Assembly (NCBI GenBank): GCA_018398765.1
Contig: JAHBMJ010000029.1
Span: forward strand, 1-59,054
Reading direction: 5' to 3'
DNA: 59,054 nt
DNA from: Chromera velia
Taxonomy: Eukaryota
In this document: one piece after another, positions 25,276 through 38,000 of the stretch
Layout of the letters: each line of letters begins with the position of its first letter
How positions within the stretch are numbered: position 1 is the first letter of the stretch
The notes under the pieces: generated by a model
The model's database searches: none
What the model was told of the DNA's origin: nothing
The model's input: the letters and a program-made list of their open reading frames with translations, nothing else
Program-made: the position numbers and the translations under genes

Positions 25276-26763
25276 TCAAGCTATCAAGACCTCCCCCTTC
25301 CCCCCCAAGTCGCCAGACACAACTCTGCATTCTACCAAGGAGGGATTCTGAGCAGTCTCCTCTGTAATCTCTCTCGGAACGACACCCAGAGCCTCAATAC
25401 GGTTCTTCAGTTCCTCTTTGGCCGATTCACTCTCACCGCCCCCCTCCCCTTGTCTCAAAACAACGGCATCAGACGACAACGACATGCGCACTGCTTCATC
25501 CCATGCCGCAAGTGCGGCGTCGGGATCTTCAACAGGCTGTTCCGTCGTCTCCTCGGCTTTCGGCGCCGCCACACGATGCCGCCATCCCGGAGGAGCCCAC
25601 CGCGGCCGTTCCTCCTGGTCGGTTCGTACGGAGTGCCGTCTGTCTGCGGGCCGCATGAGGGGCAAACCTGTCACCCCTGTGGGCCCAAACCAAAACAGAC
25701 ACGCACACATCTCTTCATCATGACGCACCCCATACGGAATATCTGCATCCTTGTGTGTGGAATTGTAGTCGCACGTCAAGCGCAACAAATCCCCTGGAAA
25801 GAAATCGACTGGGGTGGGCAGATAATGGAACGACTGGGCGGGTCCGTACCCCCCGTACGGTTCCATTTTATAGATGGTGGTGCTGTTCCACTCATCAAGA
25901 GCCTCCTCGGGAGGCCCTCTGGGCTGACGGCTTCCATCGACTGGGCGGAACACCTCCGCGTGGAGGGATGTTGCTGTGTCGTGTGCGTGAAGATGGGCAG
26001 CGAAGGTGGTGACTTTGCCGAAAGTCGCAAACTCGGTTCCGAAAACTTCGGCCACTTCCCAGGGATGGAGCTGGAATTGGAATCGGAATTGGTCCGTCTG
26101 TTTGGGGATGGACAGAGAATGGTCCAACATCCCCCAGATGCCTACATTGAACACAGGGGGGGAGTTCGACAGCTGGACAGAGAAACCAGAACTGTCATGG
26201 TAGCCATTCGGTCTAGTATCAAACGACCCCTTTGGCACGAGGTAATGCAGAGAGAGCATCAGATAGGGGAACCCTGACTGCGGTCCTACGCGTGTGCCCA
26301 TGGTCGGAGGGAGGGTGAACTGCTGAGCCCCCTTGTCGTATGTCACAACGATGTTCCGGCAATGCCATCCTGGGAAGGCAAAGTTGGAAGCACATTCTTG
26401 CCCATTGTTCACTGTATTCCCCTTCGTGAACTCCAGAATGCCCTCTGTGCACGCAAAGATGTTCATGTGGTGAACGATGTCAACACCATCTGTGGAGTTC
26501 AGTACAGGCGTGAACCCGGTGATGGTTGCATCTTCTTGTTGGTGAAAGATCCGACAGGAGAAGCCCGCATGGCTCTGCTCTCCTTCAGCATCGTCAACCA
26601 TGATTCCTTCTGTATTGTTTGCATCTGCGACAAGTCTGTCCTCGACGAAGAAGTTCTTCACGAAAGAGGGGGGGGGAGAAGAGGACACGCCGCTACTGCT
26701 ACTGCTGACACTAGCAGAAGCGACGGAGATGAAACCAGCGGCGAGCACAGAAAAACGCCTCAT
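25276..26763 (-). CDS. Secreted copper type II ascorbate-dependent monooxygenase (PHM/DBH/MOXD1-like catalytic core), intronless
   Basis: Signal-peptide-like MRRFSVLAAGFISVASA. CuH-site motifs DIVHHMNIFAC and LSLHY; CuM-site motifs AAHLHAH and DEEMC; also GDLLRLTCDYNST. Confidence 0.88.
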   Translation of the reverse strand: MRRFSVLAAGFISVASASVSSSSSGVSSSPPPSFVKNFFVEDRLVADANNTEGIMVDDAEGEQSHAGFSCRIFHQQEDATITGFTPVLNSTDGVDIVHHMNIFACTEGILEFTKGNTVNNGQECASNFAFPGWHCRNIVVTYDKGAQQFTLPPTMGTRVGPQSGFPYLMLSLHYLVPKGSFDTRPNGYHDSSGFSVQLSNSPPVFNVGIWGMLDHSLSIPKQTDQFRFQFQLHPWEVAEVFGTEFATFGKVTTFAAHLHAHDTATSLHAEVFRPVDGSRQPRGPPEEALDEWNSTTIYKMEPYGGYGPAQSFHYLPTPVDFFPGDLLRLTCDYNSTHKDADIPYGVRHDEEMCACLFWFGPTGVTGLPLMRPADRRHSVRTDQEERPRWAPPGWRHRVAAPKAEETTEQPVEDPDAALAAWDEAVRMSLSSDAVVLRQGEGGGESESAKEELKNRIEALGVVPREITEETAQNPSLVECRVVSGDLGGKGEVLIA

Positions 26764-27929
26764 CGTCTTCACAAATTTTCCAGGAGACGTCAAATATCAA
26801 CACAAGAAACACACCCTTTGCATGAGATATTTAATAATCTTCTCTCTGCCACGACCCCTCGTTCAAGCGGCCTGTCTGCCAGTCGGAAGAAGTATATGGG
26901 TGAAGCCTCCTGCTGTCTGACACTCAAGACCGTCTAGCAATCATCAAAGCCGATCGGTCGATCTGGAAATGACTGGAAGACTCGATCAGTGCAAAAATAG
27001 TGCAAAAAAAGGCTGAAAGAAGGATGCTGCATGAAGGCTTTTTTTCGGGGCGCGCGGGGAACCGCCTGTGGAAGCATGACGAACCCCCCTCCGGCCGCGT
27101 ATGCAAAAGCCCTTCGCCATGTAACTGCGTGCGAGCGGCCCCATAGTGGCCCCTCCGAAACGTGTCATTAGTGAAAGAGCCCCCCCGCCATACATTCTTT
27201 CCGGGACGCCATGCAAGCGCGGCGCGCTTCAATTGGAGCCGACCGAGCTAACATGAGCTAACTATGCCGAGCTAACTAACAACTTTCAACTTTGATGCAC
27301 CATGCCGTGGCCCCCGGCCATGGTATCTGTTAAGGCCCTTAGCCGCACCTATGGAAAAAAAAAAGTCGAATTACCAATAAATCGGGTTACATTTGCCTTT
27401 CGGGACCCGCTTTCCGGCAACTGTATACAGCGCGTGGCGAACATGCATGCACCTTTTGTCTAACCTTGATGTATCAGTACATATATGCAAAAACACACAT
27501 GGAAAGGAATTGTACGTAGCTAGATTCGATCATCTGTATAGTTTTCGAGGAAGGCGATAAAGCATACCGTCTAAGTGAAGCTGTTCTGAATTACTCCGTT
27601 GTTTAACTATGCTACCAAGCTCAGTGGCAAGTTAAGACATGCCAACTTACAGAGTCAGGAGTAAGCCGCACCACGACTGAGTGCGCTTGACAAAGAGGAA
27701 AAACAGTTAATTTGACCTGCAGGAACCTCTTTTTGCCCGTCTTCTTTCTCTCTACTTGGCCCCTCTTATCGTTCTTCAGCACCTAGTTTCTCGACTTCCT
27801 TCTACCTCCACTTGAGGATTTAGGATACAAAATAATGCAAAATACTGTCTACATATAGTGTGTATCGCTGTGGATGCTGTAGTATTTGCTTTAAAATGTT
27901 GTGGAGAGGCTCACCGCGTATGGGTCCAG

Positions 27930-29330
27930 CGCTTGGTGAGTTCAAGAGGGAGAGATGTGAGCAGAAGCCATTTGGGCCTGTGGATAAAGCTAGGTAAGCA
28001 AGTATATGAACAGAAGCCGTTTGGGGATGTGGGTGAATGTTTGGGCGTGTGGGTGCACAAGCATGGAAAGTATGTGTGCAGTAATAGAATCCGTTTAGGC
28101 TTGCAGGTGGATGAATGAAGAGAGACAGAGAGAGTGAGCGTGTTTATGAGTATGTATGAGTTTGTGAACAGAAGCCGTTTGGGCGTGCGGGCGAGATAAG
28201 GAGAACAAATGTGTGAACAGAAGCCACTTGGGCCCATGGATGAATGAAGAGAAATCAATTGTGTGTCATTGAAGAAAAGCCGCTTGGGTCGCTGGTTAGG
28301 CCTGTGGATGAATGAAGAGAGATCAACTGTGTGAACAGAAACATACAGAAGCTGCTTGGGCCTGTGGATGAGTGAAGAGAGACAGGGAGAACGAGTATGT
28401 GAACAGAAGCCATTTGGGTGTGTGGGTGAATGAAGGGAGAAAAGGAGATACAAGGAGAGCGAATGTGTAAATAGAAGCCGTTTGAGCATGTGGGTGAATG
28501 AAGGGAGACAAGGAGATACAAGGAGAGCGAGTGTGTGAACAGAAGCCGCTTGGACATGCGGGCGAAGAAAGAGAGATAAGGAGAACGAGCGTATAAACAG
28601 AAGTTAGGAACAGGAGCCGTTTGGGCCCGTGGATGAATGAAGAGGGATCAATTGTGTGTCATTGAACAAAAGCCACTCGAGCCTATGGCTAGGCCTGTGG
28701 ATGAATGAAGAGATATCAAGTGCGTAAACAGAAGCCGCTTGGGCTTACTGATAAATTAAGAGAAACAGGGAGAGTGGGTGTGTGAACAAAAGCCGTTTGG
28801 GTGTGTGAGTGAATGAAGAGAGACAAGGAGATACAAGGAGAGCGAGTGTGTGAACAGAAGCCGCTTAGGCCTCATGCAGTGAATCAATGAAGAATAATGC
28901 TAGGAATAATAAAGAGAGACATGGAGAGCAAATGTGTAAACAGAAGCCGTTTTGGGTGTTACGACGGTATGGGTGAATGAACACAGGCAGGGAAAGCGAG
29001 TCTGTGAAGCGGTGTGAGCAGGCTTGGTGAAGAAGAGCCGTTTAGGCGTGTGGGTGAATGAAGAGGGATAAAAACTCGCATAAGCATGATGTTTGCATGG
29101 GCATGTGGGTACCTGAATGAATAGAGACAGCCTGTTACTAGGAGAGAATGAGACTCAGTATGTAAACAGAACTTCAAGCCGCTAGGGCCTGAAATAGAAA
29201 TAAACGAAGAGAGACAAACTTTAAGAGAGCGAGTGTGTGAACAAAAGCTGTTCGGGCGTGTGGATGTGAGAGTATTAATAGAAGCCGTCAACTTTGGGCA
29301 TGTGGGGAAGTGATTGAAGACAGACAGGGA
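27930..29330. repeat. Degenerate tandem satellite, unit about 50-65 bp
   Basis: Recurring gtgtgaacagaagccgtttgggc(g/c)tgtgg(g/a)tgaatgaagagaga, about 20 degenerate copies. Confidence 0.85.
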
Positions 29331-30722
29331 AAATGAGGGAGTAAGTGAGTGAGCAAGTGAGACAGTGAGTGAGTGAATGAGTGAAGAAAGCAAGAATGAC
29401 TCAGTGAGTCAGTGACTGAGTATGTTAGTGAGTGAGTAAGGGGGCACAGTCAACTACAGTAACTAGTACAGCAAGCGTAGCAAGCGTGTAGTTTTAGTCT
29501 TGTATAACGTTGTGTTCAAACATTTTATAGACTAGCTAAAACTAGCTCACAGTCTCAGTCACAGATGATTTAAAAGAGTAAGTTGATAATAGAAGGCGTA
29601 TATAATGTTTGGCTACTACTAGAATGATCTATAAATGAAAGTAAATGAAAGATAATGAAAGAAACTTTAAGATTATAGCATGTGTGTCTATATGTAAAAG
29701 ACCTATATATATATATTGACTCCATAAATAAAAAATAAAAATGTAAGTAGATTTAAGTGGGGAGCATTGTGATTTTTATTTTATATATTTTTTAATTTTT
29801 TTATATAAGCAAAAATAATTTGTTAAAGATTTATCAATAATGTGTTGGTGTGGTTACAATTTGATGATTGTGGTTTTTGTTATGCATGCCGCGTCCCCGT
29901 GTATGAGGGGCGGATCTAGCCTAGTCTGTTAAAAGGTTCCGGTTCGTTCCGTCTGTTCTGAATCTAGGAACACTGCTCATTGATCAATTTCATTTTCTTT
30001 TTCACGCTTATTCACGTTAGCACCATGTGTTAGCGAAGTCCTTGTACGTCATTAATTTTCTTATTAGCAAACATATCTAATAGCAGAGCTCTTCTTATTT
30101 TTTCGATCTTCTCAATCGCCTTGAAGCCCGTCCAGCCGTCTCCGGCCCTCTGCGGCATTTACAGATACCGCGGCTACGCCTTTGCGCGGCCAACAACCTG
30201 TTGCATGTACCACGATTGAATGAACGCACCTCTCACCCTATCTCACCCCTGGGGGCCACGGCATGTCCCGTAGGGACATTACAATCTGCCATATTCTGCC
30301 ATGCAGTCCATGAGTCGCCACCAAGTTCAAATCAAAGAAGCCACAGCGAGAGGCGCTGCTCTTTTCATGGTTTAACTACCTGCTCCCTGCTTTGCTCACC
30401 GCATTTGCGCCTAGCTGTTTATCTTTGTTTGGACCCTCACTTGCTCCGTCTCGTTCCCTCTCGTTGCATAAGTAGAAGACGGTTGTTTATTGGAGCAAAA
30501 TGCTGCGTCCTTGGGTTTGCTGTTTGCTCCTTGTCGTCACTTGTTGCACTTCCGCTGTGGGGAATCGGCAACTACAGAGCTCATCTTCCCGGACAGGTCG
30601 GCGCCATGGCGTGAAGGTCCTCATTTGCTTGACCTGCTTTTGTATTTGTATGCGTATCCAAATCTTGTGGTGTTCTTCTGGTCGATCAGTATTCTCCCCA
30701 TACACACAACCATTGAATGCAG

Positions 30723-33700
30723 GCCTCTCTCTCTCTCCTGGACAAGGATGTGCTGTTCGGTGTGAGTACATCACATCCGTCAACTCCACAAGTATTCCCG
30801 GTTCATGCGTTCCCTCGGGAGAGAGCATGGAGAGACTCTTTATGGTTCGTCTTTTGTTCACGTTTGAGAGTTACTCTTACTGCCTCGCCTGCCTGCCCCG
30901 CCTTTGCCTTCCCACCTGTCGATCTGACTGTTTCTCCTTCTTCTCCCTTCAATCTTTGCTGTTCCGTGGCTTCATGGCCTCCCCTTTACTCCGCTCTAAA
31001 GGTTCAATGCACCCCTAGTAACTGTTTCCACGTTGCACCACCTGTTTCTGTGCGGTGCAGGATGCAGACAATGAGGACGTCGCAGAAGTGGTCAGTCACT
31101 CATTGACGCGCGCGCTCCTTCAATTGATCGGGTGCTGCATGGATTGAGAGTTGTGTGGCGCTTTCCGAGTAAACCCCTCGACAGGCCTGACCTTCGTTTT
31201 AAGGCTTGGCTTGTAGAGCCCTTGCTCTCATGCTCTTCTCCCCCCCTCTGTGCATACAGACGTTTCAGCGTTTGTGCATCGCTCTCTCTCTCTCTCTCTC
31301 TCTCCCTCTCTCTCTCTCTCTCCCTCCCTCTGTCTCTGTCTCTGTCTCTCTGTCTCTGCACGTTTCTGTCTGTCTGAAAAGTGTTCATGAAGAAAAGGAG
31401 GGAAAGAAACCATGTAGTCTGTCTGAAATGAATGAAATGGAAGAGAAGAGGAAAGAAAAGAGGATGTAGTCTGTCTGAAATGAAATGGAGGGCAAAAGGT
31501 AGAGAAACTTAAAAGACTGTCTGAAATGAAGAAAGAACGAAGGAAGGAAGGAAGGAAGAAAGAAAGAAAGAAAAAAGAAAGAAATATGGGAAGACGAAAA
31601 TAATTGCAGAAGAGTAAGAAGGAAAGATATCTGTCTGTCCCCCCATGCCTTCCTTTACGACTCTCTTTTATCTCGGCCCCCCCGGTACCGTTGGTACCTC
31701 TCTGTTCGGACAACGGTGCCAAATAGGCTACTCTTCTTCCTTCGAAACCCTCTTTCACATCACCCGCTTTCAGGGGTACCAGGAAAACCGCGCTGGGCAC
31801 CACGATCTTATATCATTGTTGCACCGCTGCCTTGCTCCTGGTTCTGTCCTCTTTGTTTTTTTGCAGGGCTACTTGGTCGCCTACACCGAGAGGAAGTGTC
31901 TCTCTCTTTCAGGCCGCTCTAAACGAGGGGATTGCAATGCCACCCCCCCCTGCCTCTCCCTTTCAGAGAGGCCATCAGGACCCAACCGCACAGAGACCAC
32001 CGGAAACGAACGGTGCCGTCTGATGCCCTTGGTGGTATTCGGTTCGCAGGTCTGGAGGCTGTATGTTAGTGCCTTGATCCAGGACTGCCCTGCAGAGGTT
32101 CAAGACGCCTGGAGAGCCTTCCAGTTGTGTGCTGCCGGAACCGATTCCTCCTCTTCTGAAAGTGCGGCAGAGCTGTCGGGTCCTATTCGGTGCGAGTCAA
32201 CAGAGGCAGGACGGACGTGGGCGAGAGTGAGGGACTCTGCTTCATGTGAAGCTGCGGTCTACCTGAGAGAGAACCGGCGAATCAGCGAGACATGCTTCAC
32301 AGCTCGGGAGGAGGTTCGTCTGTCTGTCTGTCTGTCTGGTACGACGTTGTTTTATTGTTGTTCTGTTGTTCTTTTCTTTGTTCTTTCTTGTTGTCTGTTG
32401 TGTACATGAAGAAAAGGAGGGAGAAGAAGAAACGTATAGTCTGTCTGTTGTGAGATTCGTTTGGGGAGAGCGTGGTTCTTTGTTTTAGTAGTAGAATTCG
32501 ACTATCTATTTCTGCAAAAGGATGCGCAACATGAAATCACTCGGGATGCACATTGTTGATCCAAGATGGAGAGGGACGAAATAAATCGGTAGTCCATCTT
32601 GTTTGTACTCTCTCCATTCATTGAATGAACAACAAAAGACCGCAGAAGTATTCGCTGGCTGACTTGGTTGTTTGCTGGTTCTTTTCCCCGACTTCGGCTT
32701 GCCTCCTTTGTGCCTTCCTGTGTGTATGTATGTGTGTATCTTGTGTGTGTGCATGCATCTGCAGAGTCTGTGCTCGTCCAGTCCCGAGTGTATGTGGAAG
32801 ATGCCCCTGCCCACCCCCCCTGGAATCGACGTGCCTCCATCTCAGAGGCCCTTCCAGGGCGCATGCGTCATTAAGGGTCGGTGCCTCCTTTGAACGTGGG
32901 CTTGCATGGTTTGGCAGGCGGGGGGGTGACTTGTATACACGCACAAACGCACACACACACACACATACACACAGAGAGAGAGAGAGAGAGATGGACAGGC
33001 TGGTAGAAATAAAAATAGACAGAGAACGAAGGATAGAAAGAGATGAAAGAGACATACGAAGGCAGAGACACACAAAGACACACAGAGAGACTCGAAGAGG
33101 CGAGCTGGAAAATGTCGGCCTTCTTTGATCTTCTCAGTCTCCACATCTGAGAGCGGGGCATGAGTGCATCATGTTCGTAGTTTTTTGTCCGTTTGTTGTC
33201 CCCTCTCTTCTTGTTTTGTGGTGAAGGGGTTGAGTGCTGAGGGATCAGGGAAGATGCAAGGGTGCATGGGGTGGTGTTTTTCTTTGGAGGTTCTCTCTTC
33301 TGTATCCTCGTTAGTTAGTTGGTTGGTTAGTTAGGCAGTCAGTCAGTTAGTTAGTTAGTTGCTTAAGGTGCCAAACCCCAGTTGGAGCACTGAGCTCCCG
33401 GGCGCCAATTTTCTTTCATCTTTCACCCCTTTTCTGTCTTCTGCTTCTCGAAATATTGCATGCAGACACCGTATTCCACAAGATGAACGCCGACCTCTTG
33501 GGTGGAACTGCAGCATACGCAGCTCATGTGATGGGGGCAGACGCTGTTGGTTTCTGTGCGCAGTTTGACGGAGCCTCGACCTCGTGCTCCTCTAGGTGTA
33601 TGCCTCCGGCAGTCCTGCAGGAGGCCGTGGTCTGAGACTGTCACCTCTCCTGATCTTCTTGCACGATTTGATGTTAATTGGTTCAGACAGGAGGACGGAA

Positions 33701-33780
33701 GTTGGTTGTCTTGTCTGGGCGAGGGGGCCGTGAGAGTAAGAGGAGGGCGCACGAGAGAATCTTGGGGAGGAAAACTTTAG
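30723..33780 (+). CDS. Spliced hypothetical protein; 5' end unresolved
   Basis: Candidate exons flanked by GT-AG sites encode ASLSLLDKDVLFG, DADNEDVAEV, VWRLYVSALIQDCPAEVQDAWRAF..., SVLVQSRVYVEDAPAHPPW... and LTEPRPRAPLG...ESWGGKL*. No family recognised. Confidence 0.45.
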
Positions 33781-35027
33781 GCGGAAACGAATTCAGGAGG
33801 TTGCACAGCGCTGTGTACGTCTATCAGGCAGGACGTCTGTGATGTGTCAAGAGCATCGATCGGGCGGTTTCTTTGTATTCACTTTGCATGTGGCATCTGT
33901 TCTGTTTGTTTTCATGCTGCACGTGTGAGAGTGCTGGCTGCAGCGGCCGTGTCGACTTTGATGAAATATATGACATCAGGGTCGAAAAATCCGTTCAGCC
34001 CTGTTCTCTGTATTGCTGTGCGTCTGAAGGCCTGCGTCAGTCCATTAGACACATAGAAGAAATGACAACTACTGCAGATGTTGTCCAGATGCGGGTTGAC
34101 CTAATTCAATGAACGTGTGGCCCAATTTGTGTCAGAGGTCTCCAGCTTGATTGCTAGCTTGATTGTTTAATTTGTCTCGATGTAAGATGGATCAAAAAAG
34201 CATCGAGTTGCATCGCTATGCAACTTGCGTCTTCCGTGCGATCGATTTATTTGTTCTTTGCATACATACTTTGTGTGCTCGTCATTGATTGGAAGTCATT
34301 CGAGTGGGGATGGAGTGACTCCGGGTGAAGGCAGAACACTGCTTATCGAAGAGCCGCGATCTTCGAGCTGGCAGTCTATCGCTCGCCGAGACTAGCGCCG
34401 AGAAAACATTGCAAAGTTTGAAATTGACTTCAGAAGTACCGTTCAAAAAAGTATTGACTAGTTTTTTGAACATGCAATTAAGATTAGACAAATCGATCAA
34501 TCGCTAGATCAATCAATCTGACAATCAATCAATGAAATTTAACCCTAGATTCAACCTTCACTCTCCAGGTTTCAATAAAATATGTATAGCCTAATACAGC
34601 CTTGAATGGGTCATCTTAAAACGATTTCGAAATACCGGCGTAGAAACTAACTATCAATAGTTATAAGCCAGCTATAACTATCAATTAAGCGCTTTCAAGT
34701 TTGAAATACATACATTTTTTTTTTATAATCTCATACACTATTTTACACGGTTGAAGCTAAACTTTCATGGAATATTATTTTAATAGTAATTATACCACTG
34801 TATAATTAACTGTCTTGTTAAATTACATAAAAAAAAGTATGTCAAGTTACTAAAACTTACTCTAGAGCTTACTAGTCAACCCTGTTTTTCTTGTAAACAT
34901 TTCGATCGCGTGCTTAGGCTCACTGGCAGGTGACTTGTTTCTCACGTCAACAACGACATTTGAGCTTTTGTGGTGCCGTGTCTAGTGCTGTATCATTTGG
35001 ATCCTGGCTGCTCTGTCATCCAGTCCG

Positions 35028-38000
35028 TCATCTTCCTATCAACTGCCGTGTCCGATCAGCCAGCCATTTCCGTAGTTGTGCTCCTCCAACCACAGCGTCC
35101 CTTTCCTCCACAAAATCTACCCACTTCTCCCAGAACTGTACATCGCTGTCGGGGGACGCCAGCCGACCCGATGCATGAATTGCGCCGTCCCGCAACGTTC
35201 TCTCGTTCGCAAAGACAACCAAGCCCCGTCGTGCCCGGGTCAGCATTACGTTCATCCGCCTACACGCATCCAGCCCGGGCACCCGGGTGTTCATGAGAGA
35301 GGCAATGTCAGGGAGAGAGCGCATCCAAGATCGGTATTTTGTTTTCGCATTTGCCTGTCTACTTATCTATCTGTCCGTCTATCTTTTTGAATGCAGTTTC
35401 ACTTGTTTGACACAAAGAACCACCATTGAACTTCTCACAACGGAACTACTTTCATGCAAACAGAAGAAAGCCCCCTTTCCTAAGAAAAACGCGGAGCCAA
35501 ACCAAGCCCCATACCAAGGATCGAGCCGATGCCAAACACCACGCAGTCAGAAGGCCGGCCGAAAAACTCACACGGAAGAAAAGCCCTATGCGAGTCGCGA
35601 GAGCGATTCACAACAGAAAACGATCCAACAAGATCAGATGACTGGAAGGCAGGCGGGAAAAAAAGGAATTGTGGACAGAGTAAAAAACCTGGTTCCTTCA
35701 TTGCTTCAAAAAAGAAAAGCACACAGACACCGACCCCTTATCTTCCTTCCCCCTCTTGATGCACATACCTGTAGTCTGTCAAGAATCCGAGTCGCCCCTC
35801 TCTGTTAGCTCGGACTGCCGAGAACAACACAACGTCCTTCTCCTTCCCCTGGAATCCGTCAACTGTGCCGATCTGCATTCATTCATTCGTCAATCAATCA
35901 ACAAAAGGGGCAAATATGCATATTCACAGTATTCTTCTTTCGGCTCTCAAAATTCACTCTTCTACTCTTTCGTTCCCTTTCGGAAGTGCCAAGTAAGGAT
36001 AGGAACACAAAGCAGACGCAAGCAGACACACAAAACTACCCCTCCCCCTTCTCCCCAGCCGACCTGCAATCCCTTGAACGAAATTCCCCCGACCCCCCTT
36101 CTCTTCTCCTCCCTCTCGAGATCCTCTACCATTCCCTGCAGCCTCTTTCTCTGGGCCTGGTAGGGTGTGATGATCCCGATCTCAGAGGGCGGAGTGCCGC
36201 TTGCCACGACAGAAAAAAGTGTGGCGACAACCAGCTCAGCCTCCTGCATGCAGACGCACACAAAAATCCGGCCAGGAATTAACCAGCAGGAGCTCAGAGA
36301 CCTTCCCCGAGTGGTTCCAAAGAGACCTGTGCATGCCGACACGTTGAGCGTTTAGAGACAAGCGGAAACAAAACGAAAGAGTAGCAGAGGAACAAATCGG
36401 AAACTAAAAACATTACCGAGCAACACGAAATGAGAAAAACAGAAACAAAAGAGGGAAATCCCGGAAGAGAACGTATAGAGTAAGGAGGGCGATTAAATTT
36501 TCTGCCTGACTCACTGCCCTTGTTCATCAAAACAACTTCCACTGCGTGAAAATGACCTTAGCACCGCGACCCACGCACCGCTTTATTCGAAAACGAGCCC
36601 CCCGACTGCAGTTCCACTCCTTCTGTGACATCCACGAGATTCACCCTGCAGTCCCGACATTTATCGTTGCCCTTCCAGGGGAATCCATTCACGGGGGGAC
36701 GGTCCTGGGCAGTGACCCCATCCGTCAGTTTGTTCTCGTAGAAGTGGCCATTCGAGAAAGCGAACAGGGAAGGGTGCATTCTGCGCTGGACGTTCAGAAG
36801 CACGGGTTCGCACGTCTTTGCCTTCACCAGTCTCTCGAACAGAGACACGCTCAGTCCGGTCTTCTGCGCCTCCCTCGACAGGACCGTGGGAGGCAACTGC
36901 TTCTCGTCACCGATGAGGACCAACCTGGAGGGACCCTTGCCGAGGGGGACAAGGGAGCTGACCTCAGGCACCTGCATGCATGCAGGCCGTCATGGGCGTT
37001 TGTTTCCTGTTCCGGGTGTCTGTCTGCAAATGGGGGACCCTCACTGACCAACCATGTGGATGAATCGGCAGATATCTTTGTCGCAGGATAGATCATTTTT
37101 TTTCTTCAAGTTGACTTTCTTACTTTTCTTGCCTCTCGACATTGGATCAGGGTACAGTGAATAAAGAACAAGTGAGTGGAATCCCTGAGTGCAGTACTCA
37201 TCGACCAAAGTACGGAAACATCCTAGATAGAGACGCGTAAGAAAGACGGAAGCAAACGAGAAGAGGACGCCGACAGGTTTTCTCTCATCTATGCAGAAGG
37301 CAAAAAAAAGAACCCGGGAGATTTGTAAGTGGAAACATTGAGCAAAAGTGAACAGAAAGAAAAGCAGTGAGCCCAGCCACCTGGCCGCTCTCATCGATCA
37401 AGAGGCTGTCGAAGGGTCCCCTCCCCATTCCCCTGTTGGCCACGTTTGCGCAGGTGGTGATGATCACGTCAGCAGGAGCATTCTGAAGGGAAGGAAGGGG
37501 GTAGGGGAATGAGGGATTGTCTCTGTCTTTCCTTCCGACAAAGGCTTGACTGTTTGAGGTGAAGAGATTTTTCCTGAATGGAAAAATGACCTTAAAAATT
37601 TACTTTTTCAAACACTTGACAGATAGATGGACAGATGAATTTAGATAGAAAGAAAGAGGCGGAAGGACCGGCAGAGAAAAAAAAAGAGCGACTCACTCCC
37701 ACCCTCACCCACTCCCCCTCCCTCGCTGACGTTGTTTGGGTCAGGAGGTTCCTCTCCTCTCCTCTCTCTTTCCTGCTTTGCCACGGCCATGTCTACAGCG
37801 TCTGATATTGAGAGCTGGAGACCCGACTGAGGAGGAGGCCTCGACTGAGTTGCCTTCCAGGACTCATACATGAGAGGGTACGAGGCTTTTAGACTCCGCT
37901 CCATAACGGCCTCAGATTCCTCGTCCCCTCTTCCAGGTCCGGCACGAAGACAATGCACTCCGAGGCCAAGCTGCAACCTTGCAAGGAAGAAGGCCGGGTG

